From assembly GCA_001819605.1 (NCBI GenBank), contig MHNE01000008.1, positions 13,054-77,053 on the forward strand: a stretch of 64,000 nt of DNA. Reading direction: 5' to 3'. This document shows, one piece after another, positions 28,491 through 39,037 of this stretch; the first letter of the stretch is position 1; every line of letters begins with the position of its first letter. Below the pieces are notes generated by a model. The model saw nothing but the letters and a program-made list of their open reading frames with translations, searched no databases and was not told where the DNA came from. Source of the stretch: Candidatus Portnoybacteria bacterium RIFCSPLOWO2_01_FULL_43_11 (GTDB lineage: Bacteria; Patescibacteriota; Minisyncoccia; Portnoybacterales; UBA2143). A program made the translations under genes and the position numbers.

Positions 28491-30563
28491 TTAGGTTTTC
28501 ATAATTTTCAAAAACTCTTTCTCGTCAATAATTTTTACTCCCAACTTCTTCGCTTTATCAAATTTTCCGCCCGGCTCTTTACCCACAACAACGAAATCAG
28601 TTTCTTTAGAAACTGAACCGGAAATATCGCCACCTAAGCCCCTTATTTTTTCTTTGGCTTCATCGCGGGTCATTGATTCTAATTCGCCGGTCAAGACAAA
28701 AATTTTATCTTTAAACTTTAAACTTAAAACCTGAAACTTGGGTAATTGAATCCGGAGATTAGCTTTGTCTAATTTTTCTAAAAGTTTGAGGTTGTGTCTA
28801 TTATGGAAATAATCATAAATGCTTTGACCAACCACCGGCCCAATATCTTGGATATTCTGTAAATTTTCTAAAGAAAATTTATTGTAAAATTTAATCAAAT
28901 CATTTATGTTTCGGATTTCGGATTTTGTATTTCGGATTTCCTGCGAAAACATGATGGCTGTTTCTTCACCAACATGTCTAATCCCTAAAGCGTAAATAAA
29001 TTTAGCCAAAGGGATTTTTTTACTTTTTTCAATCGCTTCAACCAAATTCTTGGCCGATTTTTCCGCGAATCTTTCTAGGGGCGCTAAATCTCCTTCTTTT
29101 AAAGCGAAAATATCAGCCGAGTCATTCACCAAACCCTCATCCATTAATTGATTAATAATTTGGGGGCCTAAGCCGACAATATCAAAACCTTTTTTGGAAA
29201 TAAAATGTTCAATTTGTTCTTTTTGCCGGGCTCCGCACTGATTATTGGAACAGCGATGAATTGCCTCGCCGGCCGGTTTAATAACTTTGGCGCCGCAAAC
29301 CGGACATTTTTCAGGCATCTGAAATTTCTTTTCATGGCCGGTTCTCATTTTCTTTAAAACTTTAACTATGTCCGGAATCACATCCCCGGCCCGCTGGATA
29401 ATCACGGTATCGCCTATCCGAACATCCAGCCGCTTAATCTCGTCTTCATTGTGAAGCGTGGCCCTGGTAATGGTCGTGCCGCCCAGCCGCACCGGTTTTA
29501 AAAAAGCCACCGGAGTCAAGGCGCCGGTCCGGCCCACCTGAACAATAATATTTTCCACAATAGTGGTCGCTTCTTTTCCCGGAAATTTAAAAGCGATTGC
29601 TCCTCTTGGCGCTTTGCCAACCACGCCTAATTTTTCAAAAATATTATTGTTATTTACGCTCACCACTATCCCGTCTATTTGGTACGGCAGTTTTTCCCTT
29701 TCTCTTTTTACTTTTTCATAAAAATCAATAACTTCTTTTAAGTTTTTAGAATATTGACCATTGTCGGTCTTAAATCCCAAACATTCGGCAATCTGATGCT
29801 CTTCCTTATGAGTCTTTTGGCCTAAATCCGTGATAATGTCGTAAGCCAAGAAATTTAATTGGCGTGAGCCGGCTATTTTAGAGTCAAGCTGTCTGATGCT
29901 TCCGGCCGCGGTATTTCTTGGGTTGGCGTAAAGCGGCTCGCCTTTTTTCTCCCTTTCCTGATTAATTTTTTCAAAGGATTTAGCGGTCATATAAACTTCG
30001 CCGCGCGCTTCAATCTCGCCTTTATGAATTAAGGCCTGAACTTTCTCTGTTATTTCTTGAGAAGCTAATTTCCGGTGAATTTCTATTCTTAAAGGAATAG
30101 AAGAAATAGTTTTCAAGTTTTGACTGACATCTTCGCCGATTTTTCCGTCGCCGCGCGTTGAACCTTCGCTTAAAATTCCATTTTTATAAACCAAACTAAT
30201 GGCAAAGCCGTCAACTTTCAATTCCGCGAAATAATCTATTTTTTTATCAGGCGCTAATTTCTGAATTCTCTCCCGCCAAGATTCTAATTCTTCCGGGCTA
30301 AAAGCGTCTTCCAAAGAAAGCATCGGAGTTTTGTGTCTGACTTTTTTAAATTTATCCAAGGGCTTACCACCCACCCGCTGGGTCGGCGAATCAGGAGTGA
30401 TTAATTCCGGAAATTGTTTTTCTATTTGTTCTAATTCATGCTTTAAAGAATCAAGAGCCGCGTCGCTGATTTCCGGCTTATCTAAAACATGATAAAGATA
30501 ACGCTGGCGATCAATCTCCTTCCTTAATTGATCAATCCTTTTTCGAGCTTCTGGTTTAGTCAT
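28491..30563 (-). CDS. ligA: NAD-dependent DNA ligase
   Basis: KxDG adenylation motif (ELKVDGFAISL), Zn-finger CPVCGA, HhH and C-terminal BRCT. Confidence 0.95.
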   Translation of the reverse strand: MTKPEARKRIDQLRKEIDRQRYLYHVLDKPEISDAALDSLKHELEQIEKQFPELITPDSPTQRVGGKPLDKFKKVRHKTPMLSLEDAFSPEELESWRERIQKLAPDKKIDYFAELKVDGFAISLVYKNGILSEGSTRGDGKIGEDVSQNLKTISSIPLRIEIHRKLASQEITEKVQALIHKGEIEARGEVYMTAKSFEKINQEREKKGEPLYANPRNTAAGSIRQLDSKIAGSRQLNFLAYDIITDLGQKTHKEEHQIAECLGFKTDNGQYSKNLKEVIDFYEKVKREREKLPYQIDGIVVSVNNNNIFEKLGVVGKAPRGAIAFKFPGKEATTIVENIIVQVGRTGALTPVAFLKPVRLGGTTITRATLHNEDEIKRLDVRIGDTVIIQRAGDVIPDIVKVLKKMRTGHEKKFQMPEKCPVCGAKVIKPAGEAIHRCSNNQCGARQKEQIEHFISKKGFDIVGLGPQIINQLMDEGLVNDSADIFALKEGDLAPLERFAEKSAKNLVEAIEKSKKIPLAKFIYALGIRHVGEETAIMFSQEIRNTKSEIRNINDLIKFYNKFSLENLQNIQDIGPVVGQSIYDYFHNRHNLKLLEKLDKANLRIQLPKFQVLSLKFKDKIFVLTGELESMTRDEAKEKIRGLGGDISGSVSKETDFVVVGKEPGGKFDKAKKLGVKIIDEKEFLKIMKT

Positions 30564-30632
30564 ATACTCTTAATTATAATCTGGTTGCCATTAAAAATAA
30601 AGATGATATAATCTAAATACGAAATCTTTAAA

Positions 30633-30760
30633 TTAACCTAATTTCTAATTAACCTAATTGACCTAATAAAATCCCAATAACCAATGACTAAAATTAGACA
30701 TTAGAAATTCAAGAATTAGACATTGATTAGAAATTAGATATTAGAAATTAGAAATTTTTT
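30633..30760. repeat. divergent ligA/dnaE intergenic region with degenerate tandem repeats (AACCTAATT x3; ATTAGAMATT x5)
   Basis: Read directly: ttaacctaatttctaattaacctaattgacctaat...attagacattagaaattcaagaattagacattgattagaaattagatattagaaattagaaatt. Confidence 0.5.
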
Positions 30761-33700
30761 ATGCGTTTTACCCATCTTCATGTCCACTCTCATTTCAGTC
30801 TCTTAGATGGTCTTCCCAAAATAGACCAGCTTTTGGATTACTGCCATGAACTTAAAATGAGTTCTATCGCTTTAACCGACCACGGCTCTCTGTATGGAGC
30901 GGTGGAGTTTTTTCAAAAAGCCAAAAAAAGAGGAATTAAATCAATAATCGGAAGCGAGATGTATCTGGCCCCCAACGGCATGCGCCAAAGACGGCCGAGT
31001 ATTGACGATAAACGATATCACTTGGTTCTTTTGGTTAAAGATAAGGAGGGATACCGGAATTTAGTAAAATTAACCACCAAAGCTTATTTGGAAGGTTTTT
31101 ATTATAAGCCGAGAATTGATAAGGAATTACTTAAAAAACATTCGGCCGGCTTAATCGGCTTGACCGCCTGTTTAAGCGGAGAAATCCCCAGAGCCATCAC
31201 TAATGGCCGCCTTGACGAAGCGGAAAAAATCGCTCTGGAATATCAGGAAATTTTCGGCCCGGGAAATTTTTATCTGGAACTGGAACATCACCCGGGCCTT
31301 GAAAAGCAAAAAATAGTCAATCAAGAGCTGATTAAAATAGGTAAAAAACATCAAATTCCTTTAGTGGCTACAAATGATGTTCACTATCTTAAGCCCGAAG
31401 ACGCGGAAGCTCAAGATGTTTTAATGGCTATTAACACTGACAAAAAAGCCACTGATGAAAATAGATTAACAATGAAAAGCGATAACTTTTCCCTTCGTTC
31501 GCCGGAAGAAATGAGCGAATTATTTAAAGAAGCGCCGTCAGCGATTACCAATACCCAAAAAATCGTTGAACAATGCAGTTTTGAATTTGAGTTAGGAAAA
31601 ATTCAATTCCCTCATTTTGAAGTGCCAAATGGCCAGACCCCGGACGAATTTCTTAAAAATCTGTGTTTTCAAGGACTTAAAAAACGTTACCAAAATATCT
31701 CAAAAGAAATTTTAGACAGGCTGGATTACGAGCTATCGGTTATCAAACAAACAAAACTCGCTTCTTATTTTTTAATCGTTCAGGATTTTGTCAACTGGGC
31801 CAAATCCCAAAATATTGTCGTGGGCCCGGGCCGTGGCAGCGCGGCCGGTTCTCTGGTTTCTTTCCTTTTAAATATTACCGATGTTGACCCGATAAAATAT
31901 AATTTACTTTTTGAGCGCTTTCTCAATCCGGATCGCATTGAAATGCCTGATATTGATTTGGATTTTGCCGATGATAGGCGAGACGAAGTAATTGAATATG
32001 TCAGAAATAAATACGGCGAAAATCATATGGCGCAAATTATTACTTTTGGGACAATGGCGGCCCGAGCCGCGGTCCGCGATGTGGGCCGCGCCTTAAATTA
32101 TCCCTATAGTTTCTGCGACCAGATAGCCAAAATGATTCCCTTTGGCTTGACTTTGGAAAAAGCCATCTATGAATCCCAGGAACTTCATAAAATTTATGAG
32201 TCGGACGAATCGGCTAAAAGATTGATTGATATGGCCAGAAAACTTGAGGGAGTGGCGCGGCACGCTTCCACTCACGCGGCCGGCGTGGTTATTACCAAAG
32301 AAAATATTGATAATTTAGTCCCCCGCCAGCATCCCACTCAAGACGACCAGACAATTGTCACCCAATACGAAATGTATTCCATCGGCGATTTAGGCCTTTT
32401 AAAAATGGATTTTCTCGGCCTTAAGACCTTAACCGTTATTCAAAACACGGTTAATCAAATCAGAGAACGGCTTGGCCAAAAAATTAATCTGGACGGCCTC
32501 CCCTTAGACGATAAAAAAACTTTTAAATTATTCAGGGAAGCTAATACCACCGGCGTTTTTCAACTGGAAAGCGGGGGCATGAAAAGATATTTAAAAGATT
32601 TAAAACCAACTCAATTTGAAGACATTATGGCGATGGTGGCTCTTTATCGGCCCGGGCCAATGGAGTTTATTCCGGAATTTATCGCCAGAAAACACGGCAA
32701 AAGAAAAATCAAGTATCTTCATCCGAAACTTAAACCGATTCTGGAAAACACATACGGAATCTGCGTTTATCAGGAGCAATTAATGCGCATTGCCCGCGAT
32801 TTAGCCGGCTTTACTCTGGGAGAAGCCGATGTTTTAAGAAAAGCGGTTGGCAAAAAAATCAAAAAACTTTTAGACGAACAGAAAGAAAAAATGATTGAAG
32901 GAATGGTTAAAAATGAAATTGAACCGGAAACCGCAGAAAAGATCTGGCAGTTTATTGAGCCTTTTGCCCGTTACGGCTTTAATCGGGCCCACAGTTGCTG
33001 TTACGCCACTATCGGTTATTGGACCGCTTATCTAAAAGCTAATTTTCCCACTGAATTTATGGCCGCTTTAATGACTTCCGAACAAAACGATATTGAGAGA
33101 ATCGCTTTTTTGGTTAATGAATGCCGGCAAATGGACATCAAGGTGTTGCCGCCGAACATCAACGAAAGCGAAGAAAATTTTACGGTGGTCGGCGACAGCC
33201 AGATTCGCTTCGGCCTTAAGGCAATAAAAAATGTCGGCCATAATATTGTCAGAACCATTGTTTCTGAAAGAAAAAACCTCGGGCAATTTAAATCAATTAC
33301 TGATTTTGTTGAGCGGGTTCAGTCAAGGGATCTGAATAAAAAATCCATGGAAAGTTTGATTAAATGCGGGGCGTTTGATAATTTCGGCGAGAGAAATCAG
33401 TTACTGGCCAGCTTGGAACAAATCCTTAATTTAGCGCGGGAAATCCAAAAAGCCAAACAGAGCAACCAAATCAGCTTATTTGAAAACCAGCCTTCAGTTG
33501 GCGTATCTTCCTTTATTCTTCAGGAAGTGGCGGCCGCCGCTAAAAAAGAAAGACTGACTTGGGAAAAGGAACTGCTCGGCCTCTATGTTTCAGAACACCC
33601 ATTAGAAGATTATCAAGAAAAAATAAATCACGAGACCACTCCCCTAAAAAACCTTTCAAAGGAGCTAAACGGACAACAAATTATTATCGGCGGAATTATC

Positions 33701-33919
33701 AATAAAATTCAGAGAATCAATACCCGCGCCGGCCGGCCAATGCTTTTTGTGGGAATAGAAGATTTAACCGGCAGTATAGAGGTTTTAGTTTTTCCGTCCG
33801 TGCTTGAACAAACCTCAACTACCTGGCAGGAAGACAGAATAGTTATGGTCAGAGGCCGCTTAAGCGACCGGGGCGGAAAGTTGAATCTTTTGTGCGATAG
33901 TGTTAAAGTAATAGAGTGA
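30761..33919 (+). CDS. dnaE: DNA polymerase III alpha subunit
   Basis: N-terminal PHP domain (HLHVHSHFSLLDG), polymerase core and OB fold; 1052 aa. Confidence 0.95.
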   Translation: MRFTHLHVHSHFSLLDGLPKIDQLLDYCHELKMSSIALTDHGSLYGAVEFFQKAKKRGIKSIIGSEMYLAPNGMRQRRPSIDDKRYHLVLLVKDKEGYRNLVKLTTKAYLEGFYYKPRIDKELLKKHSAGLIGLTACLSGEIPRAITNGRLDEAEKIALEYQEIFGPGNFYLELEHHPGLEKQKIVNQELIKIGKKHQIPLVATNDVHYLKPEDAEAQDVLMAINTDKKATDENRLTMKSDNFSLRSPEEMSELFKEAPSAITNTQKIVEQCSFEFELGKIQFPHFEVPNGQTPDEFLKNLCFQGLKKRYQNISKEILDRLDYELSVIKQTKLASYFLIVQDFVNWAKSQNIVVGPGRGSAAGSLVSFLLNITDVDPIKYNLLFERFLNPDRIEMPDIDLDFADDRRDEVIEYVRNKYGENHMAQIITFGTMAARAAVRDVGRALNYPYSFCDQIAKMIPFGLTLEKAIYESQELHKIYESDESAKRLIDMARKLEGVARHASTHAAGVVITKENIDNLVPRQHPTQDDQTIVTQYEMYSIGDLGLLKMDFLGLKTLTVIQNTVNQIRERLGQKINLDGLPLDDKKTFKLFREANTTGVFQLESGGMKRYLKDLKPTQFEDIMAMVALYRPGPMEFIPEFIARKHGKRKIKYLHPKLKPILENTYGICVYQEQLMRIARDLAGFTLGEADVLRKAVGKKIKKLLDEQKEKMIEGMVKNEIEPETAEKIWQFIEPFARYGFNRAHSCCYATIGYWTAYLKANFPTEFMAALMTSEQNDIERIAFLVNECRQMDIKVLPPNINESEENFTVVGDSQIRFGLKAIKNVGHNIVRTIVSERKNLGQFKSITDFVERVQSRDLNKKSMESLIKCGAFDNFGERNQLLASLEQILNLAREIQKAKQSNQISLFENQPSVGVSSFILQEVAAAAKKERLTWEKELLGLYVSEHPLEDYQEKINHETTPLKNLSKELNGQQIIIGGIINKIQRINTRAGRPMLFVGIEDLTGSIEVLVFPSVLEQTSTTWQEDRIVMVRGRLSDRGGKLNLLCDSVKVIE

Positions 33920-33942
33920 ATTGACAACTCGCCACGAATGTT

Positions 33943-35667
33943 ATGCCCTCCTCTGAAATAGAAATAATTCGTCATTCCTTAGCTCATGTTTTAGCGGCCG
34001 CGGTCCGGGAAATATTCTCCGGGACTAAATTTGGTATTGGCCCGGTTATTGAAAACGGGTTTTATTATGATTCTGACTTACCTATTCCCCTTACCCCGGA
34101 AGACCTGCCTAAGATAGAAAAGAAAATGAGAGAACTGATCAAAAAAAATATTGCCTTTGAGAAACAGAAAATCTCAAAAGAAGAAGCTAAAAAACTATTT
34201 AAAGATCAGCCCTATAAATTAGAACTCATCAATGAACTAAAAGAAAAAGAAGCAACTATCTATAAATCAGGAGATTTTATTGATTTGTGCCGCGGCCCTC
34301 ATATCAAATCAACTAAAGAAATCAATCTGGACGCTTTCAAAATAACTAAAATAGCCGGCGCTTACTGGCAAGGCGATGAAAAAAATCCAATGCTGACCAG
34401 AATTTATGGAGTGGCTTTTGACAATAAAAAAGATTTGGATAATTATTTAAAAAACCTTGAAGAAGCAGAAAAAAGAGACCACCGGCAACTGGGCCAAAAA
34501 TTGGACTTATTTCATATTGACGAAGAATTTGGGGCCGGCTTGCCGCTTTGGCACCCAAAGGGCGCTCTTTTAAGACAGATTATTGAAGACTACTGGATTG
34601 GTGAACATTTAAAAAACGGCTATGAATTATTAAGAACGCCTCATATTGCCCGCTTGGGCCTCTGGCAAAAATCGGGACACTGGGATTTTTATCGGGAAAA
34701 TATGTATTCGCCGATGGATATTGAAAATGAAAAGTATATTGTTAAGCCCATGAACTGTCCCGGACATATTTTAATTTATAAAACGCATATCAGAAGCTAC
34801 CGGGATTTGCCGCTTCGCTGGGCAGAATTAGGCACTGTTTATCGCTATGAACGTTCTGGGGTTTTGCACGGGCTTACGCGGGTGCGCGGTTTTACCCAAG
34901 ACGACGCTCATACTTTTTGCGCTCCGGAGCAACTCGGCCAAGAAATTGATTCCACTATTAAATTCGGCCTAAAAATGCTAAAAACTTTTGGTTTTAAAGA
35001 GTATGATATCTGTCTTTCAACGCGGCCGGAAAAATATGTAGGCGCTCTCAAAAACTGGGAAAAAGCTACCAAAGCGCTTGAATATGCTTTAAAAAAACAA
35101 GGGTTAAAATATCAGGTTGATCCGGGCGAAGGAGTTTTTTACGGACCAAAAATTGACATTAAAATTAAAGATTCTTTGGGCCGGGCCTGGCAATGCACTA
35201 CCATCCAAATTGATTTTAATCTGCCGGAAAAATTTGCCGTTGCTTATGTGAATCAAAAAGGTAAAAAACAACAGCCGATTATGATTCACCGCGCCTTACT
35301 CGGCTCCTTAGAACGTTTCACTGGAGTTTTAATTGAACACTACGCCGGCGCTTTTCCAGTTTGGCTTTCGCCGGTCCAAGCCTGGATTATTCCAATAGCC
35401 AACCGCCATAATAAATACGCTGATAAAGTCAATCGGCAACTGACGGCCCATAATTTACGACTGGAAATAAAAAATGAAAACGAAACGGTTTCAAAAAGAA
35501 TCCGCGAAGGCGAACTCCAAAAAATACCCTACATGCTGGTAGTCGGCGACAAAGAAGAAAAAGCCAAATCAGTCGGAGTCAGAGACAGGAAAAAAGGCGA
35601 CATTGGCATGATGAAAATTGAAAAATTTATAGAAAAAATCACTAAAGAAATAAAAAATAAAAAATAA
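33943..35667 (+). CDS. thrS: threonine--tRNA ligase (short form lacking the N-terminal TGS domain)
   Basis: Editing-domain start, class II motifs (FRYE, HRA..GS.ER), and the anticodon-binding domain. Confidence 0.9.
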   Translation: MPSSEIEIIRHSLAHVLAAAVREIFSGTKFGIGPVIENGFYYDSDLPIPLTPEDLPKIEKKMRELIKKNIAFEKQKISKEEAKKLFKDQPYKLELINELKEKEATIYKSGDFIDLCRGPHIKSTKEINLDAFKITKIAGAYWQGDEKNPMLTRIYGVAFDNKKDLDNYLKNLEEAEKRDHRQLGQKLDLFHIDEEFGAGLPLWHPKGALLRQIIEDYWIGEHLKNGYELLRTPHIARLGLWQKSGHWDFYRENMYSPMDIENEKYIVKPMNCPGHILIYKTHIRSYRDLPLRWAELGTVYRYERSGVLHGLTRVRGFTQDDAHTFCAPEQLGQEIDSTIKFGLKMLKTFGFKEYDICLSTRPEKYVGALKNWEKATKALEYALKKQGLKYQVDPGEGVFYGPKIDIKIKDSLGRAWQCTTIQIDFNLPEKFAVAYVNQKGKKQQPIMIHRALLGSLERFTGVLIEHYAGAFPVWLSPVQAWIIPIANRHNKYADKVNRQLTAHNLRLEIKNENETVSKRIREGELQKIPYMLVVGDKEEKAKSVGVRDRKKGDIGMMKIEKFIEKITKEIKNKK

Positions 35668-37238
35668 TGCCCATACTTTCTCAACCAACCGAAGAACTTA
35701 TCCAGGAATTTAAAAGATTTATTTTGACCAAGCCGGAAGAAGGCTCAACTATTCATGTTGACTACATTGCCAGCAAAGTAGCCAGTTTTTACGAACGGAT
35801 CAGAAAGATTTTAGATTATCAGGAAGAACATCTTCTTAGAAAAAATGCCATTGACCGCATGCTTAAAAGAAGATTAATTCTTCAGACAAATAATAAAGGC
35901 GGAATGGCCGAATCTCTAATCTGCGAACTAATCAGGGCCGGCTATCTGCCAAACGACGCCATTCCTGAAAGCGAAATCGGGGCCGTGGAATTAATTATCA
36001 GTAAATATGTATTCCTTATTGATGCTTCGGCTGATCTGCCTCAAAAACAAAGAGAAGGAACATTCAATTGGCTGATTAGCTTGGCCTCTTGCGAGATTGA
36101 AGAAAAATTAGCCCCCCCTCATAAAGACCAAGCCTTGGCTGATTATATGTACGCGGTAATCAAAGAAAGAATCGTTTTAAGAAATACGAATTTAAACCAG
36201 GATGAAAAAGATACGCAAGTCTTTATCGCCATTCAAAAAGCGCTTCTTCGAACTGATCGCGCTTTATTGAATTACCGGCTCCTTAAGTGGCACTATCCCG
36301 AATGGACTCAAACAGACCAGCAGTTTTTAACTGAAATAATCCCTCAAATCGCTTCTATAAAACTTGCCCTATCCCAAAAAATAGATCATCCTTTAGGGCC
36401 AAAATTCTTTAAAATCTGCAATCAATACAACACTCCTTATCTCGTTTTGGGCGATGTGCTTTTGGAAAATTCTGACGCCTTAAATCAGCCGGAAAGACTG
36501 GAAGATTTAATCAAAGAAGCCTATCAGGAAAGGTATAAACGTTCTAAAAATAAATTGCGCCGGGCCGCTGTTTTAAGCACTCTTTCTATTTTTGTGACTA
36601 AAATACTTTTGGCCTTGGCCATTGAAGTGCCCTTTGATCTTTATATCGCCCATCAGCTTATTCTTCTTAATCTCGGCATTAATATTCTCTTTCCTCCTCT
36701 TTTAATGTTTTTAATCGTTAAAAGCATCAAGCCGCCAAAAGAGGAAAACGCGCAAAAGGTCGTTTTGGAAGTAATGAAAATAACCTATCAGACAAAAACT
36801 CAAGACCAATATGAAATAAAAACAGTTGTTGAAAGGAACGTATTTTTAAGAGGAATAATTAACCTGTTCTATCTAATTACATTCCTCGTCACTTTTGGTT
36901 TAATTATTTGGGCGTTGGATAAACTAAATTTCAGTTGGCTAAGTATGGTTATTTTCCTTGTTTTTATCTCTTTAATCTGCTTTGCCGGCTTGAGAATCCG
37001 CCAACGTTCCAAAGAATTAAGCGTGGAAAAAGAAAAAGAGAGCGGCTGGGTCTTCTGGATTGAACTTTTCGCCTTGCCTTTAGTCCGCGTAGGCAAATGG
37101 CTGTCAAATCAATGGACGCGGTTTAACATATTAGTGGTTATTTTTGATTTAATTTTGGAAGTGCCATTTCAAATTTTTGTGCAATTTTTAGAAAATTGGC
37201 GCCGCTTTCTTAAGGAGAAAAAAGAAGAAATACAATAA
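35667..37238 (+). CDS. hypothetical protein with a soluble N-terminal domain and C-terminal TM helices, translationally coupled to thrS and atpB
   Basis: 523-aa ORF whose start overlaps the thrS stop and whose end overlaps the atpB start. Confidence 0.45.
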   Translation: MPILSQPTEELIQEFKRFILTKPEEGSTIHVDYIASKVASFYERIRKILDYQEEHLLRKNAIDRMLKRRLILQTNNKGGMAESLICELIRAGYLPNDAIPESEIGAVELIISKYVFLIDASADLPQKQREGTFNWLISLASCEIEEKLAPPHKDQALADYMYAVIKERIVLRNTNLNQDEKDTQVFIAIQKALLRTDRALLNYRLLKWHYPEWTQTDQQFLTEIIPQIASIKLALSQKIDHPLGPKFFKICNQYNTPYLVLGDVLLENSDALNQPERLEDLIKEAYQERYKRSKNKLRRAAVLSTLSIFVTKILLALAIEVPFDLYIAHQLILLNLGINILFPPLLMFLIVKSIKPPKEENAQKVVLEVMKITYQTKTQDQYEIKTVVERNVFLRGIINLFYLITFLVTFGLIIWALDKLNFSWLSMVIFLVFISLICFAGLRIRQRSKELSVEKEKESGWVFWIELFALPLVRVGKWLSNQWTRFNILVVIFDLILEVPFQIFVQFLENWRRFLKEKKEEIQ

Positions 37239-37936
37239 TGGAAATTCATTTATCAGCCGAAGAAATCTTCGGCTTAAAAAATTTTAATATTACCAATACG
37301 CTGATACTATCCTTTGTTATCACATTGGGCTTTTTGTTTTTTTCTAAAATAATTTCTTCCCGACTGAAGCTTGTTCCCTTAAGATGGCAGAATTTTTTTG
37401 AGGCCCTAATTGAAACGATTCTTAATTTTATGGAAAGTGTCTTGGAAGACAAAAAAAAGGCCAGAAAATTTTTCCCCTTAGTGGCGACTATCTTTATTTT
37501 TGTTATTCTTTCCAATTGGCTGGAAGTTCTGCCGGGCCTCGGCAGTATTTTCCTGCGCTCTCCAAGCAGCGACCTAAACTTTACCTTGGCTATCGCCATA
37601 TCAGCCGTTATCAGCATCCAAGTCTTTGGTATTTTAAGCATTGGTTTCATTAAATACGGCAAACGTTTTATAAATTTTTCAAGTCCGATTAATTTTTTTG
37701 TCGGTATTTTAGAAATAATCAGCGAAGCGGCCAAGATTATTTCTTTTTCTTTCCGGCTTTTTGGCAACATCTTTGCCGGCGAAGTGCTTTTAATCGTCGT
37801 CTATTTTTTAGCGCCCTATATTCTCCCCCTGCCTTTTATGTTTTTGGAAATATTTGTCGGCTTTATCCAAGCCTTGGTTTTTTCAATGCTCACTTTGGTT
37901 TTCCTAAAAATTGCCACCGTTGAAGTTGAACATTAA
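37238..37936 (+). CDS. atpB: ATP synthase F0 subunit a
   Basis: Conserved RLFGNIFAGE with the essential Arg; multi-TM. Confidence 0.85.
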   Translation: MEIHLSAEEIFGLKNFNITNTLILSFVITLGFLFFSKIISSRLKLVPLRWQNFFEALIETILNFMESVLEDKKKARKFFPLVATIFIFVILSNWLEVLPGLGSIFLRSPSSDLNFTLAIAISAVISIQVFGILSIGFIKYGKRFINFSSPINFFVGILEIISEAAKIISFSFRLFGNIFAGEVLLIVVYFLAPYILPLPFMFLEIFVGFIQALVFSMLTLVFLKIATVEVEH

Positions 37937-38077
37937 GCTTGATTTTCGTAATGAAATCAGTATAATTAAAACAACGAAGGTCGTATAAATTAAATCAAAA
38001 TTCAAATCCCAAAAATCAAAATGTAATTTTAAATTTTATTTTTGCATTTTGATTTTTACATTTTGAATTTTTTTATC

Positions 38078-38305
38078 ATGGACATAGAATCAATCAAACT
38101 CTTAGCTTCGGCTATGGCTATAGTCGGCGGCTCTATCGGCCCGGCCCTAGCTATCGGCTGGCTGGCAGGAAAAGCAATGGACGCCATTGGCAGAAATCCG
38201 GAGGCGTCATCCAAAATTCAGACTTCAATGATTTTAGCCATCGCTTTTGCCGAAGCCATTGCCATTTACGCGCTGGTTATCGCGCTGATTATTAAGTTTG
38301 TTTAG
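38078..38305 (+). CDS. atpE: ATP synthase F0 subunit c
   Basis: Two-helix proteolipid with GPALAIG...AIAFAEAIAIYALVIAL (conserved carboxylate E). Confidence 0.85.
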   Translation: MDIESIKLLASAMAIVGGSIGPALAIGWLAGKAMDAIGRNPEASSKIQTSMILAIAFAEAIAIYALVIALIIKFV

Positions 38306-38331
38306 AAAATTAAGGAGCTTTATTTTTTAGC

Positions 38332-38838
38332 ATGGAACTCTTACTGGAAAAACTTGGCCTTGAGCCGCATATTCTTCTTGCTCAAATAATTAATTTTTTG
38401 ATTCTAATTTTTGTTTTGCGCAGATTTCTATACAAACCTTTAATTAAATTTTTAGACAAAAGAAAAGACATTATTGAAAAAGGATTAAATGACGCTCAAA
38501 AAGCCAAAGAGGAATTAAGTAAAATCCAGACTATAAAAGAAGAAAAAATTATTGAGGGTGAAAGAGAAGCTGATAAAATCATAGAAAAATCCAAAAAAAC
38601 GGCCGAACAAAAAAGCGGCTTGATTTTAAAAGAAACGCAGGAAAAATCCGAAGGCATAATCAAAGAAGCGAAACAAATGGCCGAAGAAGAAAAAAAGGAA
38701 GCCAAGCAAAAACTCAAAGAAGAAATTCGCGATTTGGTCTTTCTCGTCTCTTCCAAAATTTTGGAAAAAAATATCGGCCAGAAAGAAAATGAAGAGATTA
38801 TAAATCAGCAATTGAATTTATTGAATAAGAAAGTTTAA
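38332..38838 (+). CDS. atpF: ATP synthase F0 subunit b
   Basis: N-terminal TM followed by a long charged coiled-coil; position in the operon. Confidence 0.8.
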   Translation: MELLLEKLGLEPHILLAQIINFLILIFVLRRFLYKPLIKFLDKRKDIIEKGLNDAQKAKEELSKIQTIKEEKIIEGEREADKIIEKSKKTAEQKSGLILKETQEKSEGIIKEAKQMAEEEKKEAKQKLKEEIRDLVFLVSSKILEKNIGQKENEEIINQQLNLLNKKV

Positions 38839-38853
38839 TTCATATTTTTTACT

Positions 38854-38934
38854 ATGCCCATCAAAGAATTTTTTAGACCGACAAATAAATCAACTTTATA
38901 TTGGCTCATTTTGGGAGCGGTGGTTAAATTTTAA
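38854..38934 (+). pseudogene. 26-codon remnant duplicating the 5' end of the gene at 40113 (part of the 63-bp direct repeat 38863-38925 = 40122-40184)
   Basis: 62/63-nt identity: aaagaattttttagaccgacaaataaatcaactttatattggctcattttgggag[c/t]ggtggtt. Confidence 0.7.
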
Positions 38935-39037
38935 ATTGTAATTTTTAACTTTTCCACTCTGCTAGTTTTTAAATTTACTGTTTCATTTTTTGTTTCAAAA
39001 TGATACAATTACGAATAATATATGATACAATTAAATC

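Noticed and set aside
30600-30760. CRISPR array or DnaA-box cluster in the ligA/dnaE intergenic repeats
   Set aside because: Repeat units are only about 10 nt, degenerate and contiguous without spacers. No TTATCCACA-like DnaA boxes.
37937-38077. AT-rich palindromic CAAAATG/CATTTTG repeats upstream of atpE as a mobile element
   Set aside because: The composition matches normal AT-rich promoter or UTR sequence in this genome. The symmetry is short and low-complexity; treated as ordinary regulatory spacer.
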